Shown in pieces: positions 28,797-36,957 of a stretch of 64,000 bases of DNA. Both the position numbers and the translations under genes were made by a program. Origin of the DNA: an uncultured Candidatus Saccharibacteria bacterium (GTDB taxonomy: Bacteria > Patescibacteriota > Minisyncoccia > Sungbacterales > HO2-52-23); the NCBI GenBank assembly GCA_964585475.1, contig CAZPDF010000006.1:8531-72530 (forward strand), written 5' to 3'. The notes under the pieces were generated by a model. It was given only the letters and a program-made list of their open reading frames with translations, made no database searches and was not told the origin of the DNA. How positions within the stretch are numbered: position 1 is the first letter of the stretch; every line of letters starts with the position of its first letter.

Positions 28797-28886
28797 AATC
28801 AGCGTAGAAATCAGCGCATAATCAGCGGTCATAGTTAATCCGCTGATCGGACGCTGATATTGACGCTGAAATAGCGCTGATAAAAT

Positions 28887-29273
28887 ATGAAAAAAGAGGA
28901 ATTAATAGAATCCGTCGAGAAAATGTCCGTCCTTGAGCTCTCGGAGCTTGTAAAAGCGCTTGAGGAAAAATTCGGTGTATCTGCCGCCATGCCCATGATG
29001 ATGGGCGCAATGCCTACTGGCGGGGCCGGCAACGAGGATGAAGTGGAGAAAAAGGAAGAGAAAACCTCCTTTGCGGTGGAATTAACCGCTGGCGGGGGCC
29101 AGAAGATCCAAGTGATCAAAGTGCTTAGAGAGATCACGAGCCTCGGTCTCAAAGAAGCCAAGGATCTCGTGGATGCTGCCCCGAAAGTTGTGAAAGAGGG
29201 CGTCTCAAAGGAAGAGGCAGAGGAAATGAAAAAGAAGTTGGAAGTAGCAGGAGCAACAGTAACGATTAAATAA
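28887..29273 (+). CDS. rplL: 50S ribosomal protein L7/L12
   Basis: N-terminal dimerisation helix, flexible hinge, and C-terminal domain [56 protein letters not shown]. Confidence 0.92.
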   Translation: MKKEELIESVEKMSVLELSELVKALEEKFGVSAAMPMMMGAMPTGGAGNEDEVEKKEEKTSFAVELTAGGGQKIQVIKVLREITSLGLKEAKDLVDAAPKVVKEGVSKEEAEEMKKKLEVAGATVTIK

Positions 29274-29431
29274 GGGCTTTGTCCAAAAACCTTCCGTTAA
29301 CGGATGGTTTTTGGAAACAAAACCTTACCCCGCCCTTACTCTACTGCAGATTTTAATTGACAATTGGGTGGTTTAGCTGATATTACTATTTATCCCTTAC
29401 TACAAATCCAATAGTAGGGTAAGGGCGGGGT
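29274..29431 (+). repeat. Family C element, copy 2 (conserved motif plus long hairpin)
   Basis: GGGCTTTGTCCAAAAACCTTCCGTTAACGGATGGTTTTTGGAAACAAAACC, then stem ACCCCGCCCTTACTCTACT...AGTAGGGTAAGGGCGGGGT. Confidence 0.6.
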
Positions 29432-29490
29432 TCTCATACTTGTAACGAAATTTTGTTCGCTATAAATGTAGCTCCAAAATTTCGACAAAT

Positions 29491-30132
29491 ATGGCAGAAC
29501 AGATACTCGAAAAACTTTTCGAATCCGTCCCGAAAGTCCGGCTCTTGCGCCTTTTTATGCGAAACCCGGATGTCTACTTTTCGTTTCCCGAAATTTACAA
29601 AAGAAGTCAAGTCAAGCCGCGAGCCGCAAAAAAAGAGTTGGCAAAACTCCTTAAAATCGGCATAGCTAAGACAAAAATAGGGTATATTCGCGAGGAAATC
29701 AGAAGAAAATCCCGCTCTAAAAAAACGCCCAAAGTAATTATAAAAACCAAGAAAGCTAGAGTATATTATGCAGACAGCCGTTTTGAACTGCTGGATGAGC
29801 TTCGGGCTTTGGTAACCAAATCTGCGGTTGCTTCTCGCCAAAAACTAATCAAGCAAATAAGGGGGCTGGGGAAAATGAAGCTTGCGATAATTTCCGGTGC
29901 CTTCCTCAATAGCGATAATTCACGGACTGACCTCTTGATTGTCGGGGACCATATCAAGAAAAAGAAACTGGATAATTTTCTTGCGGAAATCGAATCGGAG
30001 CTTGGAAAATCTTTGCGCTATACTTCCATGGATACGAAAGAATTCAAATACCGTCTTGATATGTACGATCGTTTCCTCCGCGACATTCTTGAATATCCGC
30101 ATAAGAAATTAATAAATACTCTTCGTATCTAG
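29491..30132 (+). CDS. Hypothetical protein (basic, possibly nucleic-acid binding)
   Basis: ORF with a K/R-rich central segment; no recognisable motif. Confidence 0.35.
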   Translation: MAEQILEKLFESVPKVRLLRLFMRNPDVYFSFPEIYKRSQVKPRAAKKELAKLLKIGIAKTKIGYIREEIRRKSRSKKTPKVIIKTKKARVYYADSRFELLDELRALVTKSAVASRQKLIKQIRGLGKMKLAIISGAFLNSDNSRTDLLIVGDHIKKKKLDNFLAEIESELGKSLRYTSMDTKEFKYRLDMYDRFLRDILEYPHKKLINTLRI

Positions 30133-30239
30133 GCCGGCTCCAAAATCGTCCCGCTTCCATCGGGACGATTTTGATTTGAATTGACGATGCAAGATCACTG
30201 TGCTATCGTTCTGGTAGCTCATCACGGCAAGGGTGTATT

Positions 30240-31124
30240 TTGAAAATAAAATATCACTTCATGGAGCCGGGTGAAGACATTGCGCTGATACGGCTTTCCA
30301 AAAGCGGAGAACGAAAACCACAGACGATTCATATAGTAAGCACAATCCGAAAAAAAGATTTCATCGATCTTATCCAACGCTTTGAACCTAAGGTAGCATT
30401 GCTTGACTACGATGGAACATTTACCCGCATCGGGCGTATCTATTCCCATACGGGAAAGGGAGAAACCTACCAGACCGGATGGCAGGAGCTTAGAAAACGA
30501 CTCCCACCGGAGGGACACCGTGCGCTGGATAGGCACTACTCCCTTTATAAACGTGGAGATATCACTCCCCTGGAATGGCTCTATATAAGCATTGCCTGCT
30601 ACCAGCACCACGGACTAACCCTCAATGATATCATTGAAACCGCGGGGCGGGTGCCCTTCCGTGAAGGATATGAAAAATTCATTTCGCTCCTCAAATTATA
30701 TTTCGAGAAGCAATGCATTTTGAGTTTCGGTCTACAAGAGTGGATTGATAATCGCCCCGAGTTTACGACGTTCCCCCATGAAACCATTGCCTCAAATGTA
30801 CTAGTAGATAAAGAGGGCCGCATCAATGGGGTAAGGGCCGGCATCACGGAAGAAACAAAAGGAATTGCCGCGCAGGCCATTCTCGAAAAAACCGGCTGGT
30901 CGAAAATGAGTGCCATGGCCATCGGAAACTCGTGGCACGACCGCCATCTTTTCTCTTCCGCAGGAATTTCAGTCTATCTCTCGCACGGGGGATATAAAGG
31001 ATCGGGGATCGATCACTCGGCAGAAATAGAACGCCTTAAAGGAATTGCAACCATTATTATATTTGATGACACTCTTTGTGGAGTAAACGATCTTATTGAG
31101 AAAATCGTTACCAAATCATTTTGA
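30240..31124 (+). CDS. HAD-superfamily hydrolase (TTG start; alternative ATG at 30261)
   Basis: Motif I VALLDYDGTF (DxDGT); downstream conserved S/T and K, D motifs. Confidence 0.5.
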   Translation: MKIKYHFMEPGEDIALIRLSKSGERKPQTIHIVSTIRKKDFIDLIQRFEPKVALLDYDGTFTRIGRIYSHTGKGETYQTGWQELRKRLPPEGHRALDRHYSLYKRGDITPLEWLYISIACYQHHGLTLNDIIETAGRVPFREGYEKFISLLKLYFEKQCILSFGLQEWIDNRPEFTTFPHETIASNVLVDKEGRINGVRAGITEETKGIAAQAILEKTGWSKMSAMAIGNSWHDRHLFSSAGISVYLSHGGYKGSGIDHSAEIERLKGIATIIIFDDTLCGVNDLIEKIVTKSF

Positions 31125-31231
31125 GCCGCCCCGGAAGCGGCTTTTTAGTCATTACGAAAAAGGTCCAGATCAATATCCGTGTTAATCCAACCAGCTTGAT
31201 CTTAAGCTAATTTAGAACTATAAGTAGTTAA

Positions 31232-31303
31232 GGGCGACTAGTTCAGTGGTAGAACGTTCGCTTCACATGCGAAAGGTCGTTGGTTCGATCCCAACGTCGC
31301 CCA
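31232..31303 (+). tRNA. tRNA-Val (anticodon CAC)
   Basis: GGGCGAC TAGTTCAGTGGTAGAAC G TTCGC-TTCACAT-GCGAA AGGTC GTTGGTTCGATCCCAAC GTCGCCC A. Confidence 0.8.
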
Positions 31304-31332
31304 AAATGTTTATCCTAATAGTCATTTAATTC

Positions 31333-31779
31333 ATGAAACAAATTCCTAAAAAAGAGATTACAAGAAGCGTTCTTGCGTACCTCGGCAAAAATCGCTTAAT
31401 GACTCTTGGTACCTCAATGAATAATAAACCATGGGCAGCTACAGTTTTTTACGCTTTTGATAAGAAAGCCAATCTTATTTTCTACTCACGCCCTGGTACA
31501 AAACACTGCCGACATATAAAGCAAAATCCTTACGTTTCTATGGTTATCAACCATAACTGGCGAAATACTGATGGTACTATCAAGGGACTTCAGATAACCG
31601 GCCGCGCGTCAAAGGTTTTACAAAGAGATTATCGTCGAATCTATGCGCTTTATAAAAAACGTTTTAAGTGGGCCGACGAATTTGCGCCTGATCATGTCCT
31701 TTATCTTATAAAACCAAAAGAGATCTGGTATATCGATCAGAAGCTATTTGGCCACTTTAATAGGGTACGCGCGATTTAA
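31333..31779 (+). CDS. Pyridoxamine 5′-phosphate oxidase-like FMN-binding split-barrel protein
   Basis: MTLGTSMNNKPWAATVFYAFD...VSMVI pattern typical of the PNPOx-like/general stress protein 26 family. Confidence 0.55.
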   Translation: MKQIPKKEITRSVLAYLGKNRLMTLGTSMNNKPWAATVFYAFDKKANLIFYSRPGTKHCRHIKQNPYVSMVINHNWRNTDGTIKGLQITGRASKVLQRDYRRIYALYKKRFKWADEFAPDHVLYLIKPKEIWYIDQKLFGHFNRVRAI

Positions 31780-31834
31780 GACTTTCTGTCCAATAGAATT
31801 TAAAAGGACATATCGGACAAACCAAGTAATTCTA

Positions 31835-32287
31835 TCAGACTGTTTGACGTGGAACACTTGGTTTAGCTCTATAAATGAGACTATCTAGGTAAGGAAATTT
31901 TTTTAGCCACCAATCAAATTGAGTTCCTTTGTGCCCAAGAAGTTTATATCTACACATCTTCACAATCTTATTTTTTAGAGTGGGAATATCGCGGATTATT
32001 AACATTGCAAAATGTCTTCCTTGGTGGGTATACTCATATACCCAGTTATGAACTACTAAATAGTCTCTAATTGCTTCAATTAGCTCTTTATCCCGCACGT
32101 GCATTTTTAGAACAAAGGATGGAATCTTTTCTCCTGTACGGTAAGTATCTGCACCGAAATGTCCCTCTCCTTCAATCAAACCGAGTATGTAATCATCAGT
32201 TAACCTTTCCCTAATTTCATCCCTTGAGTAGTATGTTTCCTCCATTATTCCATCATAAAACTTGCCTTTATTTCTGCCCCTAGACAT
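31835..32287 (-). CDS. LAGLIDADG-type homing endonuclease-like protein (free-standing)
   Basis: YILGLIEGEGHFGADT motif (LAGLIDADG variant) near the N-terminus; ~150 aa single-motif size. Confidence 0.5.
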   Translation of the reverse strand: MSRGRNKGKFYDGIMEETYYSRDEIRERLTDDYILGLIEGEGHFGADTYRTGEKIPSFVLKMHVRDKELIEAIRDYLVVHNWVYEYTHQGRHFAMLIIRDIPTLKNKIVKMCRYKLLGHKGTQFDWWLKKFPYLDSLIYRAKPSVPRQTV

Positions 32288-32373
32288 ATTTGTTCTACAT
32301 GAAACAGAGTGGATGTTACACTTACTGTTAAATATAACATTTTCACGGACCTATAAAAGGATAGATATCCACC

Positions 32374-32763
32374 ATGCCTTCTCAAAAAAGAAAATTTGGT
32401 GATATTGGGGAGAAATATGCAGAAGAGTTTTTAATCAAAAAAGATTATAGAATTCTGGAAAAGAACTATAGGATCAAAAATTTAGGGGAAATCGATATCG
32501 TTGCAGAAAAAAACGATAAGCTAATATTCTTTGAGGTCAAAACTAGAGATATAAAACATGAAACAGCGTTCCCAATCGGCTTTAGTATTAACGAGCGGAA
32601 GAGAAGAAATTTAGCACGGATATGTCAGCTTTATCTCACAGAGAAGCGCATTCCGTTTCAACGTAAATGGCAGGTAGACGCCATTTTCTTACTGGTTGAT
32701 TCTACTAATGGATCTAGCTCTATTGAGCACCTTGAGAATATTCTTTGGGAGCGATATTATTGA
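32374..32763 (+). CDS. YraN family (UPF0102) endonuclease
   Basis: GDIGEKYAEEFLIKKDYRILEKNYR...GEIDIVAEKNDKLIFFEVKTR, the PD-(D/E)xK core of UPF0102. Confidence 0.75.
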   Translation: MPSQKRKFGDIGEKYAEEFLIKKDYRILEKNYRIKNLGEIDIVAEKNDKLIFFEVKTRDIKHETAFPIGFSINERKRRNLARICQLYLTEKRIPFQRKWQVDAIFLLVDSTNGSSSIEHLENILWERYY

Positions 32764-33072
32764 CCCCGCACCTTTTGTGCGCTAGTTAATGGATATGCAC
32801 TACGTCTATATTCTTAAAAGTATATCGGCATCCATTCTGTACATAGGCCGTACCGACAATCTTGAAAGAAGAATGAGAGAGCATAACTCTGGGGGTACTC
32901 GCACCACGAGAAAATATATACCTTGGGTTATGGTATACTGCGAAGGCTATTTTGATATTGAAGACGCCAGGTCAAGGGAAAGAAGTTTGAAGCAGTTCGG
33001 AAGGGTGTATTCTCAACTTAAACGCCGTATTGCAAAAAGCCTTCTTAGCGCACAAAAGGTGCGGGGTTGAAG
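32759..33072 (+). mobile_element. GIY-YIG nuclease cassette bounded by 24-bp terminal inverted repeats (TTGACCCCGCACCTTTTGTGCGCT)
   Basis: Left IR 32759-32784 and right IR 33047-33072 are near-perfect reverse complements. The same IRs flank a gene-less element at 34611-34766. Confidence 0.7.
32789..33070 (+). CDS. GIY-YIG domain nuclease (93 aa)
   Basis: HYVYILKS...LYIGRTDNLERRMREHN...R...E GIY-YIG catalytic motifs. Confidence 0.8.
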   Translation: MDMHYVYILKSISASILYIGRTDNLERRMREHNSGGTRTTRKYIPWVMVYCEGYFDIEDARSRERSLKQFGRVYSQLKRRIAKSLLSAQKVRG

Positions 33073-33101
33073 TGTTCGACGTTTTACGTTTCATGGTGTT
33101 T

Positions 33102-33178
33102 CACGGGCCGTAGTATACCGGTCCCTAGGCCCTTTGGGCCGGGATCCCGGCGGCGAAGCCGCCTAGGGATAGTACGCC
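33102..33178 (+). pseudogene. Degenerate tRNA-Pro-related sequence (partial duplication with an internal palindromic insertion)
   Basis: CGGGCCGTAGTATACCGG matches the 5′ part of the downstream tRNA-Pro. It is followed by TCCCTAGG...CCTAGGGA inverted repeats enclosing T-loop and anticodon-loop-like fragments. Confidence 0.3.
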
Positions 33179-33204
33179 TGTTTCTTGCCAGCTTAAATTT
33201 TTAC

Positions 33205-33275
33205 CGGGGAGTAGTATACCGGCAGTACACATGCTTTGGGAGCATGAAGACCGGGTTCGATTCCCGGCTCCCCGA
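33205..33275 (+). tRNA. tRNA-Pro (anticodon TGG)
   Basis: CGGGGAG TA GTAT-ACCGGCA-GTAC A CATGC-TTTGGGA-GCATG AAGA CCGGGTTCGATTCCCGG CTCCCCG A. Confidence 0.7.
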
Positions 33276-33428
33276 ATTTTTAAATTTTGGCGGGTGAAGG
33301 AGCGCGGAGAACGGATTTAATTCTCCCGATTTTCTCTGCAACGTTGTTGCGGTTAGAAAATCGAGGATCCTCGATATCGTTTCAAAATCATAGATTTTGA
33401 CGATATCGGGACCAGCGGCCCGATTCTT

Positions 33429-33749
33429 ATGTCAAAGCAACAAGAATCATTAGGCGGCCAGGAGGAAGAATTGCATTACGAAATAATGGAAAACGGGGAT
33501 GTTATAGAAATTTCTGGAGGCGAAACCAGACTGCTTAAAATTGGGGCCCAAATCTATCAAAGACTTGGCGGTGAGGACTGGAAAGAGGATGAGGCAAGAA
33601 ATTTATTATCGCAAGGAACGGAGTTACGGCCACGGAGTATGGCAATTTCAGTCAATCGTGGCAAGTTATATGTTGACACAAGAAACTTCAGGGGAAATAT
33701 AGAACGCAAGAAGATGATATTGGAGACCGTAAAGAGCCTTCTTGAATAA
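33429..33749 (+). CDS. Hypothetical protein
   Basis: ORF only; acidic, no motifs. Confidence 0.3.
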   Translation: MSKQQESLGGQEEELHYEIMENGDVIEISGGETRLLKIGAQIYQRLGGEDWKEDEARNLLSQGTELRPRSMAISVNRGKLYVDTRNFRGNIERKKMILETVKSLLE

Positions 33750-33899
33750 ACTCGGGTTTTTATCGAAAAATGCCCAAAATTGTAGAATGTGCTGATATCG
33801 TTAGTGGCAATATCTTAGGTTTCCAGCTAAAAGCCGCGAGTTCGACTCTCAGCGGCCCGACATTATGAAAAATCCGCCACTTGTTGAATGGCGGACGCG

Positions 33900-34550
33900 T
33901 TAATGTGAGTGACGAGAAAGGCCCTTGATTGTCTGCGTGAAAAGAATGTATATGCCAATCGATAGCATCCAGAGCCCAATGGCGAATGAGATCAATGCGT
34001 CAATGTTTGGCCAGTGATATAGATAGATTATCGGAACTCCTACGAAAACGATAAGAAGCGACCCGATAAAATCAGACCAGAGTTCAAGCCATCTATAAAG
34101 ACGCGTCTGGTTCCTAACTTCAATTCCACGGCAAATCCATAGCTGCCAACCATTTCCCGCAAGTCCTAAAAACCCGCCAACCAGCATGTGTCTTAAGTTG
34201 ATGCTCTCCGGAGTGATAAGCCTATCCCATGCTTCGTAAAATATGAAGCAGGCAGCGATAACTATTATGACAAAGGACCAAATGCCGTATCTGGATCGAA
34301 CCACCTCCTCGCTTTGGGTATGTCGTCTTGACACCGCAATTTCAGTAAAAACCATCAAAAGGTATCCGGCGCCATGAACGGATGAATGCATTGCGTCGCT
34401 TAACACCGCAACGCTATTCGCCCACCAAGAAAAAAGTAATTGCAAAGCCCCGGTTCCCAGAGCAATCAGGAAAAGCTTTAAATTGCGCTCAATCTCGCAA
34501 ACACAGTTCGGGGGGCCGGTACAGTGCCGAACGCAGTGCTCTCGTGCCAC
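33900..34550 (-). CDS. Polytopic membrane protein (possible cation efflux/CDF-like, weak)
   Basis: Six predicted TM segments; SDAMHSSVHGAGY segment is reminiscent of the CDF metal-binding TM2. Confidence 0.35.
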   Translation of the reverse strand: MAREHCVRHCTGPPNCVCEIERNLKLFLIALGTGALQLLFSWWANSVAVLSDAMHSSVHGAGYLLMVFTEIAVSRRHTQSEEVVRSRYGIWSFVIIVIAACFIFYEAWDRLITPESINLRHMLVGGFLGLAGNGWQLWICRGIEVRNQTRLYRWLELWSDFIGSLLIVFVGVPIIYLYHWPNIDALISFAIGLWMLSIGIYILFTQTIKGLSRHSH

Positions 34551-34610
34551 TTTTTAACCCATTTTCGCGAGCTTTCTATATTCTAAAACAAATTATAAAA
34601 AAAGCAACCT

Positions 34611-34766
34611 CTTGACCCCGCACCTTTTGTGTACTGTATTATACCCATCACCTCATCAGTGTGCCGCATTCTGCGATTAACTCGGTAAAGAAGCAGTGCC
34701 GAATAGGTAGTAAAAATTTGGTGCTCGCGAGGTGGTCTGGTACACAAAAGGTGCGGGGTTGACAAC
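34611..34766. mobile_element. MITE-like non-autonomous derivative of the GIY-YIG element (same 24-bp terminal inverted repeats, no ORF)
   Basis: CTTGACCCCGCACCTTTTGTGTAC at 34611-34634 and GTACACAAAAGGTGCGGGGTTGACAA at 34740-34765. Confidence 0.65.
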
Positions 34767-34937
34767 CCACGGGCTTTTTGCTACTGTTGAGAAAACTTCT
34801 GGAAAGAGAAGGGCAACCGAGCACTCAATGGGTTGAGTGCTCGGCCAGTCTACTCCTAGGAAGAGTGTTTTTTAGCTCTTTCAAATAGTAGATTGGTAGC
34901 CCTTTTTTCTTTCCTCAAAATCACGGAGGAGAGTGGC

Positions 34938-36740
34938 ATGGCAGAGAAAGGTAAAGATGACTCTAGGGGACTCTCCAAGTTTCTTCCGATGACCGACGCG
35001 ACCTATCGGCGTCGTCTTACCGAGTACGAAGTTCAGGTTCAGGACCTTCAGACTTATATCAGATCTCTTGAAGTCGAAACCGTACACCTGCGAAAAAAGC
35101 TCGAAGAAGCTCCTAAGGAGTTTCTGGTGCTTGAGAATAAACTTCGCGAAGCGAACCGGCAACTAATACAGGCCTTTAACCAGAACGAGAAGCTGGTCAA
35201 CGCCCTCTACGAGTCCCGCGAGCAGATCCAGTCGCTCAAAGAAGAAGTGGACAAGCTTTGCGCTCCGCCTTCCACCTACGGCGTGTATCTGTCAGTCAAC
35301 GAGGACGGAACCGTAAACATTCTTGCTCAAGGACGAAAGGTAAAAGTAAACCTTCATCCTTCGATCAAGCCGGAGTCGCTGAAGCCCGGGCAGGAGCTCA
35401 TCCTGAACGAGGGCCTGAACGTCGTCGAGGCGGCGGGCTACGAGATCCAGGGCGACGTCGTCGTGCTGAAGGAGGTGCTGGACTCCGAGCGGGCGGTGGT
35501 CACCCTGCGGGCGGACGAGGACAAGGTGGGGATCATCGCCGACCCGCTGCGACCGCTGAAGCTGAAGGTCGGCGACCACATCCTGATGGACTCCAAGTCC
35601 GGCTACCTGCTCGAGAAGCTCCCCAAGAGCGAGGTCGAGGACCTGACGCTCGAAGAGGTGCCCGACATCTCCTACGAAGACATCGGCGGGCTCACGACCC
35701 AGATCGAGGCGATCCGCGACGCCGTGGAGCTCCCCTACCTCTACGCCGACTACTACAGGGAGCACAAGCTCACCCCGCCCAAGGGCGTCCTGCTCTACGG
35801 GCCGCCCGGCTGCGGCAAGACCATGATCGCCAAGGCGGTGGCCAACAATCTGGCGGAGAAGATCTCCGAGCAGCGCGGCGAGAAGATCAAGGGATACTTC
35901 CTGAACATCAAGGGGCCGGAGCTGCTGAACAAGTATGTGGGCGAGACCGAACGGAAGATCCGCGAGATTTTCATGAAGGCCAAGGAGAAGGCCGCCGAGG
36001 ACGTGCCGGTCATCGTGTTCTTCGACGAGATGGACGCCCTCTTCCGCACGCGGGGCTCCGGCATCTCCTCCGACGTGGAGACGACCATCGTGCCCCAGCT
36101 CCTGGCGGAGATCGACGGCGTCGAGGGTCTGAAGAACGTCATCGTGATCGGGGCCTCCAACCGGCAGGACTTGATTGATCCTGCAATTCTTCGTCCCGGG
36201 CGTCTGGATATTAAGATCAAGATTTTGCGGCCGGATAAAGATGCGGCAGTCGATATCTTCGACAAATACCTCACGATCGAAGTCCCTCTTCATGACTCGG
36301 AGATGCGGCAGGACGGCGGTGAGAGAGTTGATACTCTCAAGCGCCTCATCGCCTCGACCGTTGAGGAGATGTATGCGCTTACTGAAGAAAACAGGTTCCT
36401 CGAGGTAACGTATGCCAACGGCGATAAGGAAGTTCTTTACTTCAAGGATTTCTCCTCCGGCGCCATGATTGAATCAATCGTGCGTCGTGCCAAGAAACTC
36501 GCGCTCAAGCGCTACATCCAGACGAGCCAGAAGGGCATCGTGCTTGACGATCTACTGGCTGCAGTTCGCGAAGAATTCAAGGAGAACGAAGATCTTCCGA
36601 ATACGACCAACCCGGACGACTGGGCTAAGATCGCCGGCAAGAAGGGCGAGCGGATTGTATACGTGAAGCCCTTGATGGGAGAACCGAAAGACAAGCAGCG
36701 GACCGTGGAACAGGTGATCACTACCGGACAGTACCTGTAG
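34938..36740 (+). CDS. Proteasome-associated AAA+ ATPase ARC/Mpa homolog (GGAGGAG RBS; the ORF extends upstream to a TTG at 34893)
   Basis: N-terminal coiled coil, inter-domain OB region, Walker A GPPGCGKT, Walker [11 protein letters not shown], and C-terminal ...TTGQYL (the GQYL proteasome-docking motif of Mpa/ARC). Confidence 0.85.
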   Translation: MAEKGKDDSRGLSKFLPMTDATYRRRLTEYEVQVQDLQTYIRSLEVETVHLRKKLEEAPKEFLVLENKLREANRQLIQAFNQNEKLVNALYESREQIQSLKEEVDKLCAPPSTYGVYLSVNEDGTVNILAQGRKVKVNLHPSIKPESLKPGQELILNEGLNVVEAAGYEIQGDVVVLKEVLDSERAVVTLRADEDKVGIIADPLRPLKLKVGDHILMDSKSGYLLEKLPKSEVEDLTLEEVPDISYEDIGGLTTQIEAIRDAVELPYLYADYYREHKLTPPKGVLLYGPPGCGKTMIAKAVANNLAEKISEQRGEKIKGYFLNIKGPELLNKYVGETERKIREIFMKAKEKAAEDVPVIVFFDEMDALFRTRGSGISSDVETTIVPQLLAEIDGVEGLKNVIVIGASNRQDLIDPAILRPGRLDIKIKILRPDKDAAVDIFDKYLTIEVPLHDSEMRQDGGERVDTLKRLIASTVEEMYALTEENRFLEVTYANGDKEVLYFKDFSSGAMIESIVRRAKKLALKRYIQTSQKGIVLDDLLAAVREEFKENEDLPNTTNPDDWAKIAGKKGERIVYVKPLMGEPKDKQRTVEQVITTGQYL

Positions 36741-36759
36741 TCCTTCTGACAACTACTCC

Positions 36760-36827
36760 GTCACCCTGAACAAAGTGAAGGGTCTCAAAACAACCAAGAG
36801 ATCCTTCGGCTAGCGCCTCAGGATGAC
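36760..36827. repeat. Palindromic intergenic element, family A, copy 4 (degenerate)
   Basis: GTCACCCTGAACAAAGTGAAGGGTCTC ... GAGATCCTTCGGCTAGCGCCTCAGGATGAC. Confidence 0.6.
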
Positions 36828-36957
36828 CACCATAAAAAATTACAAGTTGCTCCGGCTCTGCCCGGAGTTTTTTATTTGCTAAATAGGCAAGCTTGCGCTA
36901 CGCTTGCTCCAAGAATATGTTCTTCACAAATTCAATAATTTGAAGGGAGGTGGGAAT

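Noticed and set aside
33786-33875. tRNA-like sequence (TTCGACT T-loop-like segment and GCCGC…GCGGC stem) downstream of 33429-33749
   Set aside because: I could not build a cloverleaf with a paired acceptor stem on either strand. It may be a tRNA remnant or a terminator-type hairpin.
35258-36293. Long ORFs on the other two strands (35258-36178 plus, 306 aa; 35292-36293 minus, 333 aa; 35795-36274 minus) overlapping the ARC gene
   Set aside because: They are artefacts of the high-GC tract: stop codons are depleted in all frames, and the products are Arg/Gly/Pro/Ala-rich low complexity. The ARC frame alone carries coherent AAA+ motifs.
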